From Pseudomonadota bacterium (GTDB lineage: Bacteria; Myxococcota; JACRCW01; JAFGSX01), in the NCBI GenBank assembly GCA_043821645.1, contig JBDRCO010000108.1:33161-97160 (forward strand): a DNA stretch of 64,000 bases. The letters are read 5' to 3'. Below the pieces are notes generated by a model that saw only the letters and a program-made list of their open reading frames with translations, searched no databases and had not been told where the DNA came from. Positions within the stretch are counted from its first letter, which is position 1. Each line of letters begins with the position of its first letter. Made by a program: the position numbers and the translations under genes. This document shows positions 56,072-64,000 of this stretch, in pieces.

Positions 56072-58132
56072 TTGCGAATGAGCCAAGCACCACCGCGTGT
56101 CCCGGCACCCCTCATCCCGCCTTCCGACGGCACGCCGCCTCCGGTGACCGGGACCATCCAGACCCAGACCACGCTGCTCGACGGCATTGCCCTGTTCCAG
56201 CCTCTGCCAGCCCAGCTCAAACAACAGTTGCAGGCCCAGCTTACCCGCCGCTCGCTCAAGTCCGGCGAGGTGCTGTTCAACGCCGGTGACGTCGGCGATG
56301 CCATGTACCTGATCCACTCGGGCATGGTGTCGGTGTACCTCAGCGACCGCAACCTGGGTCTCACCTATGAGCTGGCCAAGCTCGGTGCCGGACAGGCCTT
56401 TGGCGAGATGGCCCTGGTCACGGGTGAGCCGCGCTCGGCCAGCGTGCGCGCCATCGACGATGCCAACCTGCTGCAGCTGTCGCGAGACGTGTTCTTCAAG
56501 CTGGTCAATGCGGCACCGCAGGTTGCCCTGACCATCGCCCAGGTGCTAGCCAAGCGTCTGGATCAGCACAACAAGGCGCAAGGCATCGAGTTCGGCGCGC
56601 TGCGCGACATCAAGTTCGATCCCGCGGCCCTCGAGCTGATCCCGGCCCCCCTGATCAAGCGCCACCGGATGGTGCCCGTCGCCGTCGCCGGGGGCATCGT
56701 CACAGTCGCCACGCCGGACCCCGGCAATCGGCTGGGCGTCGATGACCTGCGCCGACTCCTGCGGGGCATGGAGATCAAGCTGCTCGCGGTGAGCGCCGCG
56801 GACTTCGACGCCTTCGTGACCAAGCATGTGGCCACCGCGGCGGAGCGTCCCGTGGCGGCGGTCTCGCGTGGCGACTTCACCCAGCTGGCGCGCCAGATCG
56901 TTTATCAGGGCAGCCCGGGGAGCGAACGCGATGACAGCGCCCGGCTCAAGCAGGTGGCGTCAGGGCAAGACGTTGTGGACCTGCTGTCCGCCATTCTGGC
57001 CGAGGGCATCGAGCGCGGCGCCTCGGACATCCATCTCGAGCCCGACCGCAATCGACTGGTCGTGCGCTACCGCATCGATGGTCGGCTCAGCTTCCGGGAC
57101 GGCACCATCCCGTCCAGCGTGCATCTGCCCCTGATGTCCCGGCTCAAGATCCTGGCCTCCCTCGACATTGCCGAAAAGCGCCTGCCGCAGGACGGCCGGA
57201 TCTCGCTCGACATGGGACCCAAGAGTTACGACCTGCGCATGGCCACGGTGAACACCAAGTACGGAGAGAAGGCCACGCTGCGAATTCTCGACAGCTCGCA
57301 GCTCGAGCAGAACCTGGCCAGCCTGGTGCTCGCCGACAAGGTGAGCCAGGTCGTGCGCAAGCTGTTCTACCGCCCCAATGGCCTGGTGCTGGTCACCGGT
57401 CCGACCGGCAGCGGCAAGACCACCACCCTGTACGCGGCCCTCAAGGAGCGGCACAACCCCGAGCTCTCGATCTGTACCATCGAGGATCCCATCGAGTATG
57501 ACGTGCCGGGCATCACCCAGGTGCAGGTCAACGACGGCATCAACCTGGGCTTCGCCGAGGTCATGCGCACCTTCCTGCGCCAGGACCCCGACGTCATCCT
57601 GGTCGGAGAGACCCGCGACGCCACCACGGCCAAGCTCGCCTGCAACGCGGCGCTCACCGGGCACCTCGTGCTGTCGTCGTTCCACACCAACGATGCCATC
57701 AGCGCCCTGATGCGTCTGCGTGAGATGGAGATCGAGCCCTTTGTCCTCGCCGGCGCCTTGCTCGGGGTGATCAACCAGCGTCTGGTGCGCCGCATCTGTC
57801 CGAACTGCCGGGTCGAGTCGAGCTACTCCGAGGTCATCAAGCAGAACCTGGCCCGCGCCGGCGTCGCCCTCGAGACCTCGGCCAAGTTGTACAAGGGTGC
57901 TGGTTGCCAGGCCTGCAATGGCGAGGGCTACAAGGGCCGCATCGGAGTGTTCGAGCTGCTCGTCGTCAGCGCCAACGTGCGCGAGGCCATCGCCCAGGAG
58001 GGCAGCACCGCCGCCATCCAGCTCGCAGCCCAGGACGGGAGCTTCGTGTCCCTGGCGCGCTACTCGACGTTCCTGCTGCAAGAGGGGCTGACGGTGCCCA
58101 GCGAGGTGCTACGCATCTTGCCCAAGGAGTGA
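56072..58132 (+). CDS. GspE/PilB-type secretion ATPase with an N-terminal cyclic-nucleotide-binding domain (cNMP-T2SSE_N-ATPase fusion)
   Basis: CAP_ED ('FGEMALVTGEPRSASVRA'), T2SSE_N ('RMVPVAVAGGIVTVATPDP'), Walker A 'LVLVTGPTGSGKTTTLYA', Asp box, Walker B 'DPDVILVGETRD', His box 'LTGHLVLSSFHTNDA', tetra-Cys 'CPNC...CQAC'. Confidence 0.8.
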   Translation: MRMSQAPPRVPAPLIPPSDGTPPPVTGTIQTQTTLLDGIALFQPLPAQLKQQLQAQLTRRSLKSGEVLFNAGDVGDAMYLIHSGMVSVYLSDRNLGLTYELAKLGAGQAFGEMALVTGEPRSASVRAIDDANLLQLSRDVFFKLVNAAPQVALTIAQVLAKRLDQHNKAQGIEFGALRDIKFDPAALELIPAPLIKRHRMVPVAVAGGIVTVATPDPGNRLGVDDLRRLLRGMEIKLLAVSAADFDAFVTKHVATAAERPVAAVSRGDFTQLARQIVYQGSPGSERDDSARLKQVASGQDVVDLLSAILAEGIERGASDIHLEPDRNRLVVRYRIDGRLSFRDGTIPSSVHLPLMSRLKILASLDIAEKRLPQDGRISLDMGPKSYDLRMATVNTKYGEKATLRILDSSQLEQNLASLVLADKVSQVVRKLFYRPNGLVLVTGPTGSGKTTTLYAALKERHNPELSICTIEDPIEYDVPGITQVQVNDGINLGFAEVMRTFLRQDPDVILVGETRDATTAKLACNAALTGHLVLSSFHTNDAISALMRLREMEIEPFVLAGALLGVINQRLVRRICPNCRVESSYSEVIKQNLARAGVALETSAKLYKGAGCQACNGEGYKGRIGVFELLVVSANVREAIAQEGSTAAIQLAAQDGSFVSLARYSTFLLQEGLTVPSEVLRILPKE

Positions 58133-58139
58133 GCCCTGG

Positions 58140-60290
58140 ATGAAGGATGCTGCCGTACGGCCGGGGGGTAACCATCGGCAGGTTGCCGAGTTTGTCGTCG
58201 TCACGATCTGCCTTCTGATCCTTGCGACCCTCATCTTCGGCCAGCTTCTCCACCCAGGCCAGGCACCCTACTCGCCTCATTCAGATTTCCTTCACCAGCA
58301 CCTTTCCATCAAGGATTCGCTCTACCGTGCCGTGCAGGCAGGACACGGGCCTCCGCTCTGGCGCAGCGACCAATTCTCCGGGGTCACCGCCTGGGCCAAC
58401 CCGCAGGCGCAATACACCTATCCATTTCACCTGTTGTTCTGGTTCCTGCCTCCCATCAACGCCGTGGGCCCGACCCTGTGGCTGCATTTTGTACTGGCGG
58501 GCCTGGCCATGTACGTGCTCGCTCTCAGCCTGCAGCGAGGTCGCGCTGGCCGTGTGTTCATGGCCCTTGCAGGCCTGGTCAACTACCGGTTCATCCTCGC
58601 CGCAGGCGCGGGCTGGCTCCCGGTGCTGTCGACGATGACGATGGTTCCCTTTGTTCTTGCCTCCCTGATCTGGAACCTGCGTGTGGCCACGTGGCGCTCG
58701 ACGCTCGTGCTGACCCTGGCTACCAGCCTGGCGCTGGTCACCGGTGGAATGCAGCTGTGCTACTACGCTGCCCTGTTCTCCGTCGTCATCGTGGGAGTGG
58801 AGCTTGCTGCGCGGAGACGTGGTGCGCATTCTGAGGGTGTCCGTTCCATCCTGCTCCAGCTTGCCGTCGCCAGCGCGCTGTCGATCGGACTCAGTGCGCA
58901 CGTCTGGCTTCCCATCGCCGGCGAAGCGCCCCTGCTCTCGCGTGGAGAACTGAGCTACAGCTACTTTCTCTCTGGTGTTGCACTCCGGCCGACGGACTGG
59001 TCGAGCCTGCTCTCTCCATTCCTGCTCACCGGCGAGCTGGAGACCGGAGCTGGTTCGCCCTGGGAGCGCTGCGCCTACTTCGGCCTCGTCCCGTTCTTGC
59101 TGGCTGCGCTCGGTGCGATCCGGGCGCCGAAACAGCGCGCGGTTCTGGTCCTGCTGTGCCTCACCCTCCTGTCCCTCCTGCTCACCCTCGACAGCCCGCT
59201 GCTGCGGGGCCTGTTCGAGCTGGCGCCGGGATTCCGGCTGTTCCGGGGGCCGGGGCGATTTCTTCTCTTCACGGGTATCTTCGGCATCGCACTCGCCGGC
59301 TTCGGCGCGGACGAACTCCTGCGCTGGCTTCAGCGCCGGTCGAGGCTCCTGACCACTTCTGTGGTGGCCTGCCTGGCTCTGCTCATGCTCGCCGAGGGAG
59401 CGGTGGCCTCACGTGAGCTCATCACCATGCGTCCCTGCGAGGAGGTCCTTCCCGACCCCGCCTACCGACGCTACCTGGAGCAGGACCCAGATCTGTTTCG
59501 CGTCGCGACGATTCTTCGCGACACCATCAACTACGGCTGGGCTTCACCGTTCGGATTGCAGCTGATTCACGGCGGAGACGCCATCAACTATTCGTACTAC
59601 AAACGCTACTTCAATCGGATACAGCAGGCCCACACACCGCCGGAGGCCAGGCAACCCTGGAACGACCTGCACGGCATCAGTAATGGCAGTTTGCTCGACG
59701 CCCTCGGCGTGCGCTACCTGGTGACCCCGTTCGAGATTCCGTCGCCACCGCCCAACCTTGAGCTGGCGGCGACATTTCACGAGCAAGCTGTGTTTCGCTA
59801 TTTCACGGGTCTGGAGCAGGCCACGCTGTGGATCTACCGCAACCTGGGAGCCCTGCCTCGTGCATACCTGGTCGAGCAGGTGATCCATGCGGATACCGAG
59901 GACGAGGCCCTCGAGCACATCACCGGTTTTCAGCCCGACATCCTGGCCGTTGTCGAGGGACATGCCGCGCCTGGCACTTCGACGGCCCAGCAAGGTGACC
60001 GGGCCGAGATCGTCTCCTGGGAGCCAGGGCAACTCGAGGTCGCCGTCCGCACGCACCTGCGCCGTTTTCTCGTGGTGAGCGAGATCTGGCACCCGGGCTG
60101 GACGGCCGAGCTCGACGGGCGGGACATCGCCCTCGCAAAGACCGACGTCGCCCTGCTCGGGGCCTGGATGCCGGAGGGCGAGCACAGCTTTCGGCTGACA
60201 TTTCGACCGCGATACTGGCACGCTGCATGGGTCGTGAATGGGCTGGCTGGTGTACTCTTCTTGCTCACTCTGTGGCGGACAAGGCGATGA
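58140..60290 (+). CDS. YfhO-family polytopic membrane protein (probable lipid-linked glycosyl transferase or polymerase)
   Basis: 716 aa with more than 12 TM helices in the N-terminal two-thirds and a C-terminal periplasmic beta domain. This architecture is typical of YfhO, and it is paired with a GT2 gene. Confidence 0.55.
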   Translation: MKDAAVRPGGNHRQVAEFVVVTICLLILATLIFGQLLHPGQAPYSPHSDFLHQHLSIKDSLYRAVQAGHGPPLWRSDQFSGVTAWANPQAQYTYPFHLLFWFLPPINAVGPTLWLHFVLAGLAMYVLALSLQRGRAGRVFMALAGLVNYRFILAAGAGWLPVLSTMTMVPFVLASLIWNLRVATWRSTLVLTLATSLALVTGGMQLCYYAALFSVVIVGVELAARRRGAHSEGVRSILLQLAVASALSIGLSAHVWLPIAGEAPLLSRGELSYSYFLSGVALRPTDWSSLLSPFLLTGELETGAGSPWERCAYFGLVPFLLAALGAIRAPKQRAVLVLLCLTLLSLLLTLDSPLLRGLFELAPGFRLFRGPGRFLLFTGIFGIALAGFGADELLRWLQRRSRLLTTSVVACLALLMLAEGAVASRELITMRPCEEVLPDPAYRRYLEQDPDLFRVATILRDTINYGWASPFGLQLIHGGDAINYSYYKRYFNRIQQAHTPPEARQPWNDLHGISNGSLLDALGVRYLVTPFEIPSPPPNLELAATFHEQAVFRYFTGLEQATLWIYRNLGALPRAYLVEQVIHADTEDEALEHITGFQPDILAVVEGHAAPGTSTAQQGDRAEIVSWEPGQLEVAVRTHLRRFLVVSEIWHPGWTAELDGRDIALAKTDVALLGAWMPEGEHSFRLTFRPRYWHAAWVVNGLAGVLFLLTLWRTRR

Positions 60291-61381
60291 ACGGGCAACT
60301 CAGCGTCGGTGAGTTAGAGGGAAGCAGCACGGGGAAACCCCTGCTCTCGGTCATCGTGCCTTTTTTCAACGAAGAGGCGCTCGCCGAGCCCATGATCGAT
60401 GCCCTGGTGGAGGTGCTGTCACCTCAAGCCTATCGTTTTGAAATCGTGTGCATCGATGATGGTTCGGAGGACGGCACCGGTGCCGTGATCGATCGTCGGG
60501 CGAGCGCTCATTCCGCACTGGTCCCGGTGCACCTGTCGCGGCGCTTTGGAAAGGAGGCTGCCCTGCTGGCCGGCTTGCAGATCGCGCAGGGGGACGCCGT
60601 CGTTCTCCTGGACGGCGACCTGCAACACCCGCCGTCCCTCATCCCTTCGCTGGTCGAAGCGTGGATGGGAGGCGTCGATGTGGTACATGCCGTGAAGCGC
60701 CGGCATGGGCGGGAGTCCCTGGTGTACCGCCAGGGAGCGACGATCTTCTACAAGCTACTCGGGCGCGCCGTCGGACGGTCCCTGAGCCACACCTCGGACT
60801 ACAAGCTCCTGGACCGCCAGGTTGTCGAGGCACTGCTGGTCTGCGGGGAGCGGTCGCGCTTCTTGCGAGGGCTGGTGGCCTGGGTGGGATTCACCACGGC
60901 CGAGGTTCTCTTCGATGTCGATCCCCGCCGCTCCGGCCATAGCAAATGGTCACTCCTGCAACTCGCAAAGTACGCCTTCAATGCGCTGCTGAGCTTCACC
61001 TCGTTACCCCTGCGCCTCATCGCCTGGATGGGTTTCGCCACCATCGTCGTTGGGATGCTGTTGGCCGTGCAGACTCTCTACAATTATTTCGCCGGCATCG
61101 CGGTGGGTGGATTCACGACTGTCATCCTGCTCCAGATTCTTCTCTGCGGGCTGATCCTGGCGAGCCTCGGGGTCATGAGCTTCTACCAGGCGCAGATGTA
61201 CGAGGAGATCAAAGCGCGGCCGGTCTACATTGTTCGGCGGCAGACCCGGTCGCACGCGCTTGGGGCCACGACCCCAGACAAACGAACCCTTGTTGACACG
61301 ACAGCAGACCTGGCATCGGACAGACCCGACATGGCCGGGGGCAAGGGTCCCCACACACCAGCAGGTGGCGACAACGCGTGA
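60287..61381 (+). CDS. Family-2 glycosyltransferase (polyprenyl-phosphate sugar transferase, GtrB/ArnC/DPM1-like) with C-terminal TM helices
   Basis: 'LSVIVPFFNEE', 'CIDDGSEDGT', 'DGDLQHPP' (DxD). Two C-terminal TM helices. ATGA overlap with the YfhO stop. Confidence 0.8.
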   Translation: MNGQLSVGELEGSSTGKPLLSVIVPFFNEEALAEPMIDALVEVLSPQAYRFEIVCIDDGSEDGTGAVIDRRASAHSALVPVHLSRRFGKEAALLAGLQIAQGDAVVLLDGDLQHPPSLIPSLVEAWMGGVDVVHAVKRRHGRESLVYRQGATIFYKLLGRAVGRSLSHTSDYKLLDRQVVEALLVCGERSRFLRGLVAWVGFTTAEVLFDVDPRRSGHSKWSLLQLAKYAFNALLSFTSLPLRLIAWMGFATIVVGMLLAVQTLYNYFAGIAVGGFTTVILLQILLCGLILASLGVMSFYQAQMYEEIKARPVYIVRRQTRSHALGATTPDKRTLVDTTADLASDRPDMAGGKGPHTPAGGDNA

Positions 61382-61434
61382 CAGGCGCCGCCTGCCTCGA
61401 CTCACCACCACCGCGCCCCCCCCCCAAAAAAAAA

Positions 61435-61457
61435 GGAGCTGCCCATCAGGCAGCTCC
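61435..61457. terminator. Bidirectional hairpin (GGAGCTGCC-CATCA-GGCAGCTCC) between convergent genes, preceded by a C10-A9 homopolymer tract (61416-61434)
   Basis: Perfect 9-bp stem read directly. The A-run supplies a U-tract for the minus-strand transcript. Confidence 0.45.
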
Positions 61458-61482
61458 CTCGGTCAGGTCGAGTGAATCGTGA

Positions 61483-62544
61483 TCAGCTGGTGGGCTGCGC
61501 CGGGTCCGCGAAGGCGAAGGGGCAGGCGCTGGCCTCACCGACCGGGTTGAGGTCGCCGTTGGCGTCGACGCCGGGCAGGATCATGCCCTGCAGGATCTCG
61601 GGGGTGGTGGTCTCGTGGCGGGAAATGAAGCTCGAGTCCCAGCACTGGGTGGCCGTGACCGTGGTCAGGCCGGCGCAGCTCGCGTCCTGGCAGGCCGCCA
61701 GGTCGCCGGGGATCTCACCGTCGGCGACGATGACGTCGGCGCGGCCCGCACCCTCGGAGGTCCACTGCGCGCGGATGGTCAGGCTCTCCTCGAGCGGCTT
61801 CTCGGCAGCCTCGGCGCCCTCGTGGATGTTGCCCACGGCGCTGAACAGGAAGTCGCCGGCGCCATCGGGGCCCTCGGCGTAGTGGTACTTGCCCATCTGC
61901 CCCTTGTCCTCGCAACCCGAGCGATCCAGCTGCGAGAAGTCGATGTCCACGATCTTCATCTCGTCGGCACTGTCGTTGGCGAAGGTCACCACGGCCACAC
62001 CGGTGTCACAGATGCTGGTATCCATGGGGTCGATGCGCTTGTGCTCGTCGCGGTCGACGGTGATGGTGCCATGGCCGAGCTCGGGACCCGAGTGGAAGTA
62101 GTTGAGCGCGTAGATCTCGCCGAAGTCGGCCTCGTCGGTGCTGTTCTTGTCGCGCGCCAGCAGCTTGAACAGATACTCGTTCTCCGCCACGCGCTCGGCG
62201 GTGGCCTTGTACTGCAGCCGCTCCAGACCCTTGGGATCCGAGGGGCCCCACACGGCATGGTCCTCGTCAGGGCTCTCGGTGGCCGGGCTCTCGACGATGG
62301 CGCGGGTCAGGGCCAGCAGCCCCACCACCATGACGTTGATGCCGCGGGTCACACCGTAGGTGACCTCGTACAGACCGGCGCGCTGGCTCTCGTCACCGAC
62401 CAGGGACTGGCCGCTCGAGTCACCGCCCTTGAGGTTGATCTTGACCTGCTTGTCGCCCGGGAACGCGTCCTTGAACGCGAACCGACCACAGGCCGTCAGC
62501 GCCAGGCTCCCCACCGCCAGCAGCGCCACCAATGTCGACTTCAT
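61483..62544 (-). CDS. Hypothetical lipoprotein
   Basis: 'MKSTLVALLAVGSLALTAC' signal and lipobox. No other motif recognised. Confidence 0.45.
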   Translation of the reverse strand: MKSTLVALLAVGSLALTACGRFAFKDAFPGDKQVKINLKGGDSSGQSLVGDESQRAGLYEVTYGVTRGINVMVVGLLALTRAIVESPATESPDEDHAVWGPSDPKGLERLQYKATAERVAENEYLFKLLARDKNSTDEADFGEIYALNYFHSGPELGHGTITVDRDEHKRIDPMDTSICDTGVAVVTFANDSADEMKIVDIDFSQLDRSGCEDKGQMGKYHYAEGPDGAGDFLFSAVGNIHEGAEAAEKPLEESLTIRAQWTSEGAGRADVIVADGEIPGDLAACQDASCAGLTTVTATQCWDSSFISRHETTTPEILQGMILPGVDANGDLNPVGEASACPFAFADPAQPTS

Positions 62545-62793
62545 TCTCGGCTGGAACATCTGATCCTCCTTGCGGGTGTTGTCGCGAAGCCCCGATGCCC
62601 TCATCGTCCTCGCGTCCCGGTTGACGGGAAGATGGACCCACTCCCCGGGCTCGAGCGAAAAACTAATTTGCAGATCCGCGGCAGGAAAATATCAAACAAT
62701 CATGGGCTCTTACAAACAGCTCCCGACATACCGTGCGCCCGGTCACAAAAAATCCACATGACCGGTGGGGCGAAATGGCTATCGTGACAGGCC

Positions 62794-63840
62794 GTGACCA
62801 CCATCGTCATCGACGCCATGGGCGGGGATCACGGCCCCGAGCCCGCGATCCAGGCCGCTGCCACCCTGTCCCTGCTGGAGAACAGCCCCGGGCTGTGCGT
62901 GGTCGGGGACAGAGATCAGCTGGCTCCCTTGCTGGCGCGCCATGCCCACGACCCCTCCCGCTTGCGCCTGCAGCACGCCGCCCAGACCGTGCTCATGGAG
63001 GACGTCCCCTCCGAGGCCCTCCAGCACAAGCCAGATGCCTCGATCGCGATCGCGGCGCGGGTGGTGGCCGAGGGCGGTGGCGATGCCCTGGTCTCCGCGG
63101 GTAACACGGGTGCCGTACTTCTGGCCGCCTCGCGTCACCTGGGCCGCCTCGACGGCGTTCGCCGCGCCGCCCTGGCCGCGGTCTACCCCACCGAAACCCG
63201 CCGCGGGGAAAAGCAGGATCCCTTCTCGCTGCTGCTCGATGTGGGTGCCACGCTGGACGCCACCGCCGACGAGCTTGTCACCTTCGCGGTCATGGGTAGT
63301 GCCTACGCATCGCTCATCTCCAGCAACCCACGGCCCCGGGTTGCCCTGCTGTCCAACGGCTCGGAGGCCCACAAGGGCACCCAGGCCATCGTCGAGGCAC
63401 ACCGCCGCCTGCGCCAGCACCCGGGGATACACTTCATCGGCAACGTCGAGGGAGTGGACATTCCACGCGGGACCGCCGACGTGGTGGTGACCGGCGGCTT
63501 CGTGGGCAATGTCGTGCTCAAGATGCTCGAGGGCGTGAGCGAAACCGTGGTGGGGCTGGCGCGCTTCGCCTACCGCCGACGACTGTCGTGGAAGGTCGCG
63601 CTGTGGATGCTGTCGTCGGGAATCCGCGAACTCAAGAGTTTCACCGACTGGCAACAGTACGGTGGAGCTCCGATCCTGGGTCTGGATCGCCTGTGCATCA
63701 AGGCGCACGGCCGCTCGAGCCCGCGCGCGCTCCAGAACGCCATCAAGCTCGCAGCCAAGGCCACTCGCAACGACCTGGTCCAGGCCATCCGTCGCGGCCT
63801 TGGCGAGGTCCCCCCAGGCCCCAGCCTGCCTGAAGCCTGA
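62794..63840 (+). CDS. plsX: Phosphate acyltransferase PlsX
   Basis: 'TIVIDAMGGDHGP' N-terminal hallmark and overall PlsX length of 348 aa. Confidence 0.9.
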   Translation: MTTIVIDAMGGDHGPEPAIQAAATLSLLENSPGLCVVGDRDQLAPLLARHAHDPSRLRLQHAAQTVLMEDVPSEALQHKPDASIAIAARVVAEGGGDALVSAGNTGAVLLAASRHLGRLDGVRRAALAAVYPTETRRGEKQDPFSLLLDVGATLDATADELVTFAVMGSAYASLISSNPRPRVALLSNGSEAHKGTQAIVEAHRRLRQHPGIHFIGNVEGVDIPRGTADVVVTGGFVGNVVLKMLEGVSETVVGLARFAYRRRLSWKVALWMLSSGIRELKSFTDWQQYGGAPILGLDRLCIKAHGRSSPRALQNAIKLAAKATRNDLVQAIRRGLGEVPPGPSLPEA

Positions 63841-64000
63841 GCCTCGTGGAGGCTGAGCCCACAATTTGCTAACCTGGTGGGTGTCCAGGTTTGCGGAGGT
63901 GTCGTGTGCAGTACCGTGGTGGGACGATTGCGCTCGTCGTTGCAATCCATCTGCTGGGATGTGGAGAGGACAGGCGCCCCCCGCTCCCTCCGTCCGTGAA

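Overview
This is a high-GC (~68%) bacterial chromosomal segment, probably Myxococcota: it carries a MYXO-CTERM-like C-terminal sorting tail, MopE-type Cys-rich motifs and many secreted Cys-rich lipoproteins. It holds roughly 50 genes and no integrase, transposase or CRISPR array. The window opens with the 3' end of the tmRNA gene (ssrA), followed by a GC hairpin and a 4x57-bp minisatellite. The most notable content is as follows. (1) A tightly overlapping four-gene minus-strand operon (11661-16265) whose core is a MotA/TolQ/ExbB-like channel protein with a ~550-aa coiled-coil tail, followed by a MotB/OmpA-like peptidoglycan-anchored partner, flanked by two unknown proteins. This is ZorA/ZorB-like in architecture but has no Zorya effector genes. 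(2) Divergently transcribed from it, an intact hgcA-hgcB mercury-methylation pair. (3) An NfeD-like, flotillin and 1947-aa AAA+ ATPase gene trio. (4) A cyclic-nucleotide-binding domain fused to a GspE/PilB-type secretion ATPase, next to a second cNMP-binding TPR protein and a YfhO plus GT2 glycosylation pair. (5) An envelope thiol-redox module (TlpA, DUF1858, CcdA-Trx fusion, TrxA, membrane-anchored MsrA-MsrB, YyaL). (6) A frameshifted typA/bipA at a homopolymer run. All calls rest on motif-level reading of the supplied ORF translations; no database searches were run.
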